Position numbers and translations under genes: made by a program. A model generated the notes under the pieces. The model was given only the letters and a program-made list of their open reading frames with translations, had not been told where the DNA came from and did no database searches. This document shows, piece after piece, positions 32,271 to 45,673 of a DNA stretch of 64,000 nt (its first letter is position 1; each line of letters begins with the position of its first letter). Origin of the DNA: Bugula neritina (taxonomy: Eukaryota; Animalia; Bryozoa); NCBI GenBank assembly GCA_964035545.1, contig OZ037765.1, positions 14,828,698-14,892,697 on the forward strand, written 5' to 3'.

Positions 32271-35200
32271 CAACATATTGAAATATGCTGTAGCACCCTG
32301 AAATTCACTGCAACTTACTGAAATATAGTGTAATATACGGAATTGTACTGTAACCTACTGAAATATACTGTAACACACTGAAATATGCAGTCACATACTG
32401 AAATATACTGTAAATTATTAGAATTATACTGCAACATACTGCAACATACTAAAATACACTGTAACCTACTGATATACCCTGCAATATACTACAACATACT
32501 GAAATACACTGTAACATATTGAAATACGCTGCAACACATTGAAATATACTGCAACATACCGAAATATATGGTAAACTGCTGAAATATACCGTAACACATC
32601 AAAAAATACTGCAACATACTGAAATATACTGTAACACACTGAAATATACTGCAACTTACTGAAATACATTGTAACATACTGAAATATACTGCAACATACT
32701 GCAACATATTGAAATACACTGTAACATGCTGAAATACACTGCAACATACTGCAACATACTGAAATACATTGGAACATATTGAAACACACTACAGCACATT
32801 GAAATATACTGCAACACACTGAAACATACAGCAACATACTGAAATATACTGCGACACATTGAAATATACTGCAACCTAGTTAACTATAATGCAAGATACT
32901 GCAACATTCTGAAATACACTGTGACATATTGAAATACACTGCAACATACTGCAACATACTGCAACATACTACAACATACTGAAATACACTGTAACATATT
33001 GAAGTGCACTGCAACACATTGAAATATACTGCAACACACTGAAACATACGGCAACATACTGAAGTATACTGCAACACATTGAAAAATACTGCAACATACC
33101 GAAATATATGGTAAACTACTGAAATATACTGTAACACATTGAAAAAAACTGCAACATACTGAAATATACTGTAACACACTGAAATATACTGCAAAATACT
33201 GAAATACACTGTAACACACTGAAATACACTGTAACACACTGAAATATACTGCAACACACTGCAATATACTGAAACACGCTGTAACATACTGAAATACACT
33301 GCAACATACTACAACGTATTGAAATACACTGCAACACATTGAAATATACTGCAACACAATGAAACATACGGCAACATACTGAAACATAGTGCGACACATT
33401 GAAATATACTGCAACATACTGAAACATGCTGTAGCATACTGAAATACACTGCAACACATTGAAGTATACTGTAATATACAGAAATGTACTGTAACATACA
33501 GAAACATACGTCAACATACTGAAATGTACTGCAACATGCTGAACTATACTGCAACATACTGAAATACACTGTAATATACTGAATTAAACTGCAACATACT
33601 GCAACATACTGAAATAAGCTGTAGCATACTGAAATACATTGCAGCACACTGAAGCGTCCTGCAATATGCAGAAACGTACTGCAACATACTGAAATATACC
33701 GCAACAAACCGAAATTTTTGGTATACTGAAATATGTTGCAAACTAGTAAAATGTACTGCAACATACAGAAAATAACTGCAACTGTGCAATATAATGAAAT
33801 ATACTGCAAAAATACTGAAATATACTGCAACAATTTGAAAGTTACTGTATGATACTGACATATACTGAAACACATTGAAACATACTGCAAGATACTGCAA
33901 CATACTAAAATACACTATAACATACTGAAATACACTGCAACATACTGCAACATACTGCAACATACTGCAACATACTGAATTACACTGTAACATATTGAAG
34001 TACACTGCAATACATTGAAATTTACTGCACCACACTGAAACATACAGCAACATACTGAAATACACTGTGACATACTGAAATACACTGCAACATACTGCAA
34101 CATACTGCAACATACTGAAATACACTGTAACATATTGAAATACACTGCAACGCATTGAAATATACTGCAACACAATGAAACATACGGCAACATACTGAAA
34201 CATAGTGCGACACATTGAAATATACTGCAACATACTGAAACATGCTGTAGCGTACTGAAATACACTGCAACACATTGAAGTATACTGTAATATACAGAAA
34301 TGTACTGTAACATACTGAAACATACGTCAACATACTGAAATGTACTGCAACATGCTGAACTATACTGCAACATACTGAAATATACTGCAACGTATCGAAG
34401 TATATTGTAATATACGGACATCTACTGTAACATACTGAAACATACTTAAACATACTGAAATATACTTCAACATACTGAAATATACTGCAACATACTGCAA
34501 CATACTGAAATACACTGTAACATACTGAAACACACTGCAACACATCGGAATAAACTGCAACATACCTAAATATACGGTAATATACTGAAATATACTGTTC
34601 ACATTGAAAAACACTGCAACATACTGAAATTTGCTGTAGCACAGTGAAATTCACTGCAACCCACTGAAATATAGTGTAATATACGGAAATGTATTTTAAC
34701 ATACTGAAATATACTGTAACACACTGGAATATACTGTCACATACTGAAATACACTGTAAAATACTGAAACATATTGCAACATAGTGCAACATACTGAAAT
34801 TCACTGTAGCATATTGAAATACGCTGCAACACATTGAAATATACTGCAACATACCGAAATATATGGTAAACTACTGAAATATACTGTATCACATTGAAAA
34901 ATACTGCAACATACTGAAATATGCTGTAACACACTGAAATATACTGCAAAATACTGAAATACACTGTAACATACTGAAATATACTGCAACATACTGAAAT
35001 ACACTGTAACATACTGAAATATACTGCAACATACTGCAACATACTAAAATACACTGTAACGTACTGAAATACACAGCAACATACTGCAACATACTGCAAC
35101 ATACTGAAATACGCTGTAACATATTGAATTACACTGCAACACATTGAAATATACTGCAACACACTGAAACATACGGCAACATACTGAAATATACTGCAAC

Positions 35201-38200
35201 ACACTGAAACATACGGCAACATACTGAAATATACTGCAAAACATTGAAATATACTGCTACATACTGAAACATGCTGTAGCATACTGAAATACACTGCAAC
35301 ACACTGAAGTATACTGTAATATACAGAAATGTACTGTAACATACTGAAACATACGTCAACATACTGAAATGTACTCCAACATGCTGAACTATACTGCAAC
35401 ATACTGAAATACACTGTAATGTACTGAATTAAACTGCAACACATTGTAATATACTGCAACATACTGAATCATACAGCAACATACTGAAATATACTGCAAC
35501 ACATTTAAATATACTGCAACATATTGAAATATGCTGTAGCACCCTGAAATTCACTGCAACTTACTGAAATATAGTGTAATATACGGAATAGTACTGTAAC
35601 ATACTGAAACATACTGTAACACACTGAAATATGCTGTCACATACTGAAATATACTGTAAATTACTAGAATTATACTGCAACATACTGCAACATACTGAAA
35701 TACACTGTAACCTACTGATATACACTGCAATATACTACAACATACTGAAATACACTGCAACATACTGCAACATACTGCAACATACTGAAATATTCTGTAA
35801 CATATTGAAATACACTGCAACATACTGCAACATACTGCAACACACTGAAACATACGGCAACACACTCACATGTACAGCGACACATTGAAATATACTGCAA
35901 CATACTGAAATATGCTGTAGCATACTGAAATACACTGCAACACACTGAAATATACTGCAACATACTGCAACATACTGAAATACACTGTAACATACTGAAA
36001 TACACTGCAACATACTGCAACATACTGAAATACACTGGAACATATTGAAACACACTACAACACATTGAAATATACTGCAACACACTGAAACATACAGCAA
36101 CATACTGAAATATACTGCGACACATTGAAATATACTGCAACATACTGAAATATGCTGTAGCATACTGTAATATACTGTAACACACTTTAATATACTGCAA
36201 CATACTGCAACATACTGACATACACTGGAACATACTGAAATACACTCCAATATACTACAACATACTGAAATACACTGTAACCTACTGAAATATGCTGTAG
36301 CACACCGAAATATACTGCAACATACTGAAATATAATGCAAGTTACTACAACATACTGAAATACACTGTGACATACTGAGATACACTGCAACATACTGCAA
36401 CATACTGCAACATACTGCAACATACTGATACACACTGTAACAGACTGAAATGTACTGTAACACACTGAAATATACTGCAACATGCTGAAATACACTGTAA
36501 CATACTGAAATATACTGCAACATACTGCAACATACCGAATTACACTGTAACAAACTGAAATACACTCCAACATACTACAACATACTGAAATACACTGTAA
36601 CGTATTGAAATACACCGCAACACATTGAAATATACTGCAACACACTGAAATATACTGTAACACACTGTAATATACTGCAACATACTGCAACATACTGACA
36701 TACACTGGAACATACTGAAATACACTCCAACATACTACAACATACTGAAATACACTGTAACCTACTGAAATATGCTGTAGCACACTGAAATATACTGCAA
36801 CATACTGAAATATAATGCAAGTTACTACAACATACTGAAATACACTGTGACATACTGAGTTACACTGCAACACCTTGAAATATAGTGCAACACACTGAAA
36901 GATACGGCAACATACTGAAATATACTGCGACACATTGAAATATACTGCAGCATACTGAAATATGCTGTAGCATACTGAAATATACTGTAACACACTGAAA
37001 TATACTGCAACATACTGAAATACATTGTAACATACTGAAATATACTGCAACATACTGAAATACACTGTAACATACTGAAATATACTGCAACATACTGCAA
37101 CATACTGAAATACACTGTAACATACTGAAATACACTGCAACATACTGCAACATACTGAAATACACTGGAACATATTGAAACACACTACAACACATTGAAA
37201 TATACTGCAACACACTGAAACATACAGCAACATACTGAAATATACTGCAACACATTGAAATATACTGCAACATAGTCAAATATAATGCAAGATACTGTAA
37301 CATTCTGAAACACACTGTGAGATACTGAAAAACACTGTGACATACTTAAATACACTGCAACATACTGCAACATACTTAAATATACGGTAACATACTGAAA
37401 TATACTGTAACTCATTGAAAAACATTGCAACATACTGAAACATACTGAAGTATGCTGTAGCACACTGAAATACACCGCAGTTCACTGAAAAATAGTGTAA
37501 TATGCGGAAATGTACCGTAACATACTGAAATATACTGTAACATACTGAAATACACTGCAACATACTGCAACATACTGACATACACTGGAACATACTGAAA
37601 TACACTGCAACATACTACAACATACTGAAATACACTGTAACCTACTGAAATATGCTGTAGCACGCTGAAATATACTGCAACATACTGAAATATAATGCAA
37701 GTTACTACAACATACTGAAATACACTGTGACATACTGAAATACACTGCAACATACTGCAACATACTGCAACATACTGAAATACACTGTAACATATTGAAA
37801 TACACTGCAAAACCTTGAAATATACTCCAACACACTGAAGTATACGGCAACATACTGAAATATACTGCGACACATTGAAATATACTGCAATATACTGAAA
37901 TATGCTGTAGCATACTGAAATATACTGTAACACACCGTAATATACTGCAACATACTGCAACATACTGACATACACTGGAACATACTGAAATACACTCCAA
38001 CATACTACAACATACTGAAATACACTGTAACCTACTGAAATATGCTGTAGCACACTGAAATATACTGCAACATACTGAAATATAATGAAAGTTACTACAA
38101 CATACTGAAATACACTGTGAGATACTGATATACACTGCAACATACTGCAACATACTGCAACCTACTGCAATATACTGAAATACACTGTAACAGACTGAAA

Positions 38201-41200
38201 TGTACTGTAACACACTGACATATACTGCAACACATTGAAATATACCGCAACATACTGAAATATGCTGTAGCACACTGAAATACACTGCAACTCACTATAA
38301 TATAGTGTAATATACAGAAATGTACTGTAACATACTGAAATATACTGTAACATACTGAAATCTACTGCAACATACTGAAGTACACTGCAACATACTGCAA
38401 CATACGGAAATACACTGTAACATATTGAAATACACGACAACACATTGAAATATACTGCAACAGACTGAAGGATACGGCAACATACTGAAATATACTGCGA
38501 CACATTGAAATATACTGCAACATACTGAAATATGCTGTAGCATACTGAAATATACTGTAACACACTGTAAAATACTGCAACATACTGCAACATACTGCCT
38601 TACACTGGAACATACTGAAATACACTGCAACATACTACAACATACTGAAATACACTGTACCCTACTGAAATATGCTGTAGCACACTGAAATATACTGCAA
38701 CATACTGAAATATAATGCAAGTTACTACAACATACTGAAATACACTGTGACATACTGGGATACACTGCAACATACTGCAACATACTGCAACATACTGAAA
38801 TAGACTGTAACCTGCTGAAATACACTGTAGCATATTGAAATACGCTGCAACACATTGAAATATACTGCAACATACCGAAATATATGGTAAACTACTGAAA
38901 TATACTGTATCACATTGAAAAATACTGCAACATACTGAAATATGCTGTAACACACTGAAATATACTGCAAAATACTGAAATACACTGTAACATACTGAAA
39001 TATACTGCAACATACTGAAATACACTGTAACATACTGAAATATACTGCAACATACTGCAACATACTGCAACATACTGCAACATACTGCAACACACTGAAA
39101 CATACGGCAACACACTCACATGTACAGCGACACATTGAAATATACTGCAACATACTGAAATGTGCTGTAGCATACTGAATACACTGCAACACACTGAAAT
39201 ATACTGCAACATACTGCAACATACTGAAATACACTGTAACATACTGAAATACACTGCAACATACTGCAACATACTGAAATACACTGGAACATATTGAAAC
39301 ACACTACAACACATTGAAATATACTGCAACACACTGAAACATACAGCAACATACTGAAATATACTGCGACACATTGAAATATACTGCAACATACTGAAAT
39401 ATGCTGTAGCATACTGTAATATACTGTAACACACTTTAATATACTGCAACATACTGCAACATACTGACATACACTGGAACATACTGAAATACACTCCAAT
39501 ATACTACAACATACTGAAATACACTGTAACCTACTGAAATATGCTGTAGCACACCGGAATATACTGCAACATACTGAAATATAATGCAAGTTACTACAAC
39601 ATACTGAAATACACTGTGACATACTGAGATACACTGCAACATACTGCAACATACTGCAACATACTGCAACATACTGATATACACTGTAACAGACTGAAAT
39701 GTACTGTAACACACTGAAATATACTGCAACATGCTGAAATACACTGTAACATACTGAAATATACTGCAACATACTGCAACATACCGAATTACACTGTAAC
39801 AAACTAAAATACACTCCAACATACTACAACATACTGAAATACACTGTAACATATTGAAATACACCGCAACACATTGAAATATACTGCAACACACTGAAAC
39901 ATACGGCAACATACTGAAATATACTGCAAAACATCTAAATATACTGCTACATACTGAAACATGCTGTAGCATACTGAAATACACTGCAACACACTGAAGT
40001 ATACTGTAATATACAGAAATGTACTGTAACATACTGAAACGTACGTCAACATACTGAAATGTACTCCAACATGCTGAACTATACTGCAACATACCGAAAT
40101 ACACTGTAATATACTGAATTAAACTGCAACATACTGCAACATACTGAAATAAGCTGTACCATATTGAAATACACTACAACACATTGTAATATACTGCAAC
40201 ATATTGAAATATGCTGTAGCACCCTGAAATTCACTGCAACTTACTGAAATATAGTGTAATATACGGAATTGTACTGTAACCTACTGAAATATACTGTAAC
40301 ACACTGAAATATGCAGTCACATACTGAAATATACTGTAAATTATTAGAATTATACTGCAACATACTGCAACATACTAAAATACACTGTAACCTACTGATA
40401 TACCCTGCAATATACTACAACATACTGAAATACACTGTAACATATTGAAATACGCTGCAACACATTGAAATATACTGCAACATACCGAAATATATGGTAA
40501 ACTGCTGAAATATACCGTAACACATCAAAAAATACTGCAACATACTGAAATATACTGTAACACACTGAAATATACTGCAACTTACTGAAATACATTGTAA
40601 CATACTGAAATATACTGCAACATACTGCAACATATTGAAATACACTGTAACATGCTGAAATACACTGCAACATACTGCAACATACTGAAATACATTGGAA
40701 CATATTGAAACACACTACAGCACATTGAAATATACTGCAACACACTGAAACATACAGCAACATACTGAAATATACTGCGACACATTGAAATATACTGCAA
40801 CCTAGTTAACTATAATGCAAGATACTGCAACATTCTGAAATACACTGTGACATATTGAAATACACTGCAACATACTGCAACATACTGCAACATACTACAA
40901 CATACTGAAATACACTGTAACATATTGAAGTGCACTGCAACACATTGAAATATACTGCAACACACTGAAACATACGGCAACATACTGAAGTATACTGCAA
41001 CACATTGAAAAATACTGCAACATACCGAAATATATGGTAAACTACTGAAATATACTGTAACACATTGAAAAAAACTGCAACATACTGAAATATACTGTAA
41101 CACACTGAAATATACTGCAAAATACTGAAATACACTGTAACACACTGAAATACACTGTAACACACTGAAATATACTGCAACACACTGCAATATACTGAAA

Positions 41201-43133
41201 CACGCTGTAACATACTGAAATACACTGCAACATATTGAAATATACTGCAACACAATGAAACATACGGCAACATACTGAAACATAGTGCGACACATTGAAA
41301 TATACTGCAACATACTGAAACATGCTGTAGCATACTGAAATACACTGCAACACATTGAAGTATACTGTAATATACAGAAATGTACTGTAACATACAGAAA
41401 CATACGTCAACATACTGAAATGTACTGCAACATGCTGAACTATACTGCAACATACTGAAATACACTGTAATATACTGAATTAAACTGCAACATACTGCAA
41501 CATACTGAAATAAGCTGTAGCATACTGAAATACATTGCAGCACACTGAAGCGTCCTGCAATATGCAGAAACGTACTGCAACATACTGAAATATACCGCAA
41601 CAAACCGAAATTTTTGGTATACTGAAATATGTTGCAAACTAGTAAAATGTACTGCAACATACAGAAAATAACTGCAACTGTGCAATATAATGAAATATAC
41701 TGCAAAAATACTGAAATATACTGCAACAATTTGAAAGTTACTGTATGATACTGACATATACTGAAACACATTGAAACATACTGCAAGATACTGCAACATA
41801 CTGAAATACACTATAACATACTGAAATACACTGCAACATACTGCAACATACTGCAACATACTGCAACATACTGAATTACACTGTAACATATTGAAGTACA
41901 CTGCAATACATTGAAATTTACTGCACCACACTGAAACATACAGCAACATTCTGAAATACACTGTGACATACTGAAATACACTGCAACATACTGCAACATA
42001 CTGCAACATACTGAAATACACTGTAACATATTGAAATACACTGCAACGCATTGAAATATACTGCAACACAATGAAACATACGGCAACATACTGAAACATT
42101 GTGCGACACATTGAAATATACTGCAACATACTGAAACATGCTGTAGCGTACTGAAATACACTGCAACACATTGAAGTATACTGTAATATACAGAAATGTA
42201 CTGTAACATACTGAAACATACGTCAACATACTGAAATGTACTGCAACATGCTGAACTATACTGCAACATACTGAAATATACTGCAACGTATCGAAGTATA
42301 TTGTAATATACGGACATCTACTGTAACATACTGAAACATACTTAAACATACTGAAATATACTTCAACATACTGAAATATACTGCAACATACTGCAACATA
42401 CTGAAATACACTGTAACATACTGAAACACACTGCAACACATCGGAATGAACTGCAACATACCTAAATATACGGTAATATACTGAAATATACTCTTCACAT
42501 TGAAAAACACTGCAACATACTGAAATTTGCTGTAGCACAGTGAAATTCACTGCAACCCACTGAAATATAGTGTAATATACGGAAATGTATTTTAACATAC
42601 TGAAATATACTGTAACACACTGGAATATACTGTCACATACTGAAATACACTGTAAAATACTGAAACATATTGCAACATAGTGCAACATACTGAAATTCAC
42701 TGTAGCATATTGAAATACGCTGCAACACATTGAAATATACTGCAACATACCGAAATATATGGTAAACTACTGAAATATACTGTATCACATTGAAAAATAC
42801 TGCAACATACTGAAATATGCTGTAACACACTGAAATATACTGCAAAATACTGAAATACACTGTAACATACTGAAATATACTGCAACATACTGAAATACAC
42901 TGTAACATACTGAAATATACTGCAACATACTGCAACATACTGAAATACACTGTAACGTACTGAAATACACAGCAACATACTGCAACATACTGCAACATAC
43001 TGAAATACGCTGTAACATATTGAATTACACTGCAACACATTGAAATATACTGCAACACACTGAAACATACGGCAACATACTGAAATATACTGCAACACAC
43101 TGAAACATACGGCAACATACTGAAATATACTGC

Positions 43134-43135
43134 AA
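43134..43135 (+). other. 2-bp target-site duplication AA (second copy at 45674-45675)
   Basis: Empty sites at 35238-35241, 51375-51378 and 56158-56161 read TGC-AAAA-CATTG. The filled site reads TGC-AA-[element]-AAAA-CATTG, i.e. two extra A. Confidence 0.88.
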
Positions 43136-43267
43136 CACAGTTGGTTTAAGGTCATACTTTTCATTTTCTGGCTCTTTGCCAGGTGCTTTATGTTCTATAT
43201 GAACAATGTTCCACTGATAGCTCGAACAGGTTGAATGTCACAGGAACAAAAAAAATATGAAAAGATA
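43136..43267 (+). repeat. Left imperfect terminal inverted repeat (~132 bp)
   Basis: Blocks shared with the reverse complement of the right end: CACAGTTRGTTTAAGGTCA, TACTTT, TGCTTTATGTTMTATATRAAC, GATAGCTCGAACAG, TCACA..AACAAA, ATGAAAAGATA. Confidence 0.88.
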
Positions 43268-43704
43268 AAGAAACTCATGTTCTCCAATATACTTTTTTAT
43301 TTTTTTCAAAAGCCAATTCATGTTTAAGTTATAGCTTGTTGAAAAACATAGTCCCCCTTCCACATTCTTTTCAATTTATACGCTCCTGACTTGTTATTGT
43401 GTCTCAATAATATGCCTTGTATTTGAGTGCTTGTTAGTCTCGCTTCACTAACTTTGCCTATACTTCACAAGTGCCAGTGCTGCTGGCTCAAAAGCTAAAT
43501 GTTATAAACTGTCAGCTAAAACCCAATCTTGTATTCCTAGGTTGGTTGGCCTAAATAAAACAATAGTCAAATCATGATTTCATGTTTTAAAAATTTACTC
43601 TATTCTAACCTGCTGCCTAGCTAGTTCTCTTTTTGATGTATAATTACAAAATTTGTGATACATTTTTTTGGCAACCATGTGATTTATAAAATGCAGTAAT
43701 GGTA

Positions 43705-43798
43705 CTTATAATATTATATTATTATCATTATAATATATTATATAGTATTATGTGTGTTTTTATTATACTTCATAATATCTATTTTATTATTGTTGTTG
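43705..43798. repeat. AT-rich low-complexity tract (TAT/ATT-like) inside the transposon
   Basis: TTATATAATATTATATTATTATCATTATAATATATTATATAGTATT... is almost entirely A/T. Confidence 0.7.
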
Positions 43799-44691
43799 CG
43801 CAAACAAGTGCAATTAACCTAGTTTTCAAAATGTACCTCTAAATTATCAGAATATCAGTTTAGATATTTTCATGCTTTGTTAGGTAAACCTAAAAAAAGA
43901 GGCTGTATTCCCAAAGTAAAGGGTGTTGAACTATGAACTATATTAGATTAGCCACTCTGCTACCAAGTGCATCAGTATAATATTATATGAATAGCTCTGA
44001 TGCTTTGTCTCCGGTGGCTGGCTGCGATATGATAACTTGGCCAACTTCCAAGAGTTTAAAATTGGCGCAATTATTCAAGAGGTTACATGCTGCACAGAGC
44101 TAGCAGTGATAGTAACCTTGCTATTGGCAGTACTTATTACAACTGCCAGCATATAAGCTGCATTGTAGAATGCCGTTGGGGTAGGCTAGTAAAACCAAAT
44201 TCTGCTCTCTAATATACCTTAGACACAATGCAGCAACATAATTGTTCGTTTCAAATTACATTGCCACCCTTACATGAGCTGTGGGCTTCATAAAGATTCA
44301 TATGATTAGAGATTTATGCTATAGGCTAGCTATGATGAAAATAACACACCATTGTCAAAGTTAACTTCAAGTATGTTGTTTTCCAGAAACTCAGTAATGT
44401 CCATTTATCTCTCGCATACAAATACTTATGTAATAGCATACAGTTTAAGTTTTATTTTAGAGCACATCTGCAAACTCTACAATAAGAGCTTGCTTTACCA
44501 GTCTATTTCAGACCTGTTTTTGTAGCTAGTAATACGCAAGCTACTTATTTTTAAACTTTTGGGTTATTTGTTCAAAACCATTTGCTTTGACTGCTATCAA
44601 CATGAATTGACAGCCTAATAATTATAACCCATTTGCGCGCGAAATATTTATGTAATGATAGTGACTCAAATAGTGCACGGTTTAGAAGCAT

Positions 44692-44772
44692 GACTGCGTG
44701 GTCCAGAGGTTAGAGGCGTCAGCGACGAGTTGGTTGGTCATGGTTCAACCCTGTTTTGTTGCAATTTTTTTT
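44692..44772 (+). pseudogene. tRNA-derived / SINE-head-like segment with Pol III type-2 A and B boxes
   Basis: A-box-like TGGTCCAGAGG at 44699-44709 and B-box GGTTCAACCC at 44742-44751 lie 43 nt apart, as in tRNA genes. A possible anticodon-arm stem (TCAGC/GTTGG) is present and T-runs follow (44754, 44765). The acceptor stem pairs poorly, so this is not an intact tRNA. Confidence 0.5.
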
Positions 44773-45549
44773 GTCAACTTATGCAAATCCTACGCATGTA
44801 TAATAAATATGGCTATAATTGTAAAGTTTTTTTTTAACTTTTGTTCAACAGTAAGACAACATACATGCATAATAATTAGATACTGAACACTAGACTAAAC
44901 CTTAAATTGATCTTATAGAATACAATGTACTTAAAATAATCATATGTGAATTAGAGAAACTGAAAGTATACACCTGCTGCGCTATAGACAGACCTTTACT
45001 GACAAGACTGCAAAGTGAAGTGATTTAGCTGAAATTAACTCTGCCAAACAAACAAAGAATTATGTTGTGCTGAGGCATTTTCAATATATTATTGTAACAT
45101 AGTGAGATGATTCAGCTAAGTGCTAATGTAAAACAGGGAACATTATATTGGCAGAAATCCAATAGATTGCCAATTTGTGCGAGAGGGTACTATATGTTAT
45201 TGTGATAGCGCAGAGCGGCAAACGTACTAGGAATGTTATAATTAGTCACAGGAGCGTAGCTAGAACCACCATATGAAGAATTTAGAAAATTGCAGTGAAA
45301 CTTGCAAAATGGTGTATGTTTTTACCAAATTGTGAAGAGCATAAACAGAATTTCAAAAAACAAAGAAAGTATATTAGAGAAAACATATCAAGGAATGTCA
45401 AGTTTAACTTTTAGACTTTATAAAATGAATCCCCTGTGCTACAGCAGTGGAACATGGAGGGTGTAAAATTTTACTTATTATGCAACAACTTTCTCAGAAA
45501 ATTTTTTATTGAAAAATTAAAAAAGTATATGAAAGAGGAATGCAAGAGC

Positions 45550-45673
45550 TATCTTTTCATGTAAAATTTGTTAATGTGAGACAAAAACTGTTCGAGCTAT
45601 CCCCTGGAAACCGTTTATATATAACATAAAGCAGTGCATGAATCTGGAAAGTAATGACCTTAAACTAACTGTG
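45550..45673 (-). repeat. Right imperfect terminal inverted repeat (~124 bp)
   Basis: Reverse complement reads CACAGTTAGTTTAAGGTCATTACTTT...TGCTTTATGTTATATATAAAC...GATAGCTCGAACAG...ATGAAAAGATA. It is collinear with the left TIR at a constant 8-bp offset after the first block. Confidence 0.88.

Larger units (their letters stand above)
1..43135 (+). repeat. 10-bp satellite array, left arm (AYACTGHAAY; dominant 20-bp dimer ATACTGAAAT-AYACTGYAAC)
   Basis: Continuous head-to-tail 10-bp monomers that stay in column register over long runs of lines. The + strand is A/C-rich and G-poor. No inverted segments seen. The array runs off the left edge of the window. Confidence 0.98.
43136..45673. mobile_element. 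Non-autonomous TIR DNA transposon, 2538 bp, probably CMC/EnSpm (CACTA-like)
   Basis: The only non-satellite sequence in the window. Ends are CACAGTTGGTTTAAGGTCA and TGACCTTAAACTAACTGTG (18/19 inverted match). AA flanks both sides. The paralogue offset jumps from 7896 to 10436 across it (2538+2). The ORF track shows nothing longer than 62 aa inside. CAC...GTG ends with a 2-bp TSD fit CMC/EnSpm better than Transib/RAG (5-bp TSD). The superfamily call is an inference. Confidence 0.9.

Noticed and set aside
1-43135. RIP-like CpA>TpA signature (GCAA/GTAA, ACAC/ATAC, CTGC/CTAC variants)
   Set aside because: Most C in the consensus is followed by A, so ordinary transitions give this pattern. Recent duplicates are nearly identical and retain abundant CA/TG.
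44631-44668. Near-palindrome ATTTGCGCGCGAAAT (E2F-like) and TGACTCA (AP-1-like) upstream of the tRNA-like segment
   Set aside because: These are short motifs with no associated gene or expression evidence and cannot be distinguished from chance.
44692-44765. Functional tRNA gene
   Set aside because: Acceptor and T stems pair poorly and the putative anticodon loop is not 7 nt. It is retained only as a tRNA-derived or pseudogene-like segment.
44698-44886. 62-aa plus-strand ORF inside the transposon
   Set aside because: It starts at GTG, is short, runs through T-tracts, has no recognisable transposase motif and overlaps the tRNA-like segment.
43136-45673. RAG/Transib (RSS-like) interpretation: ends CACAGTT resemble the heptamer CACAGTG, and ACAAAAACT at 45581-45589 resembles the nonamer
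   Set aside because: The TSD is 2 bp rather than 5 bp. The nonamer-like word is on the wrong strand relative to the right-end heptamer and is not at 12/23 spacing. No RAG1/Transib coding sequence is visible.
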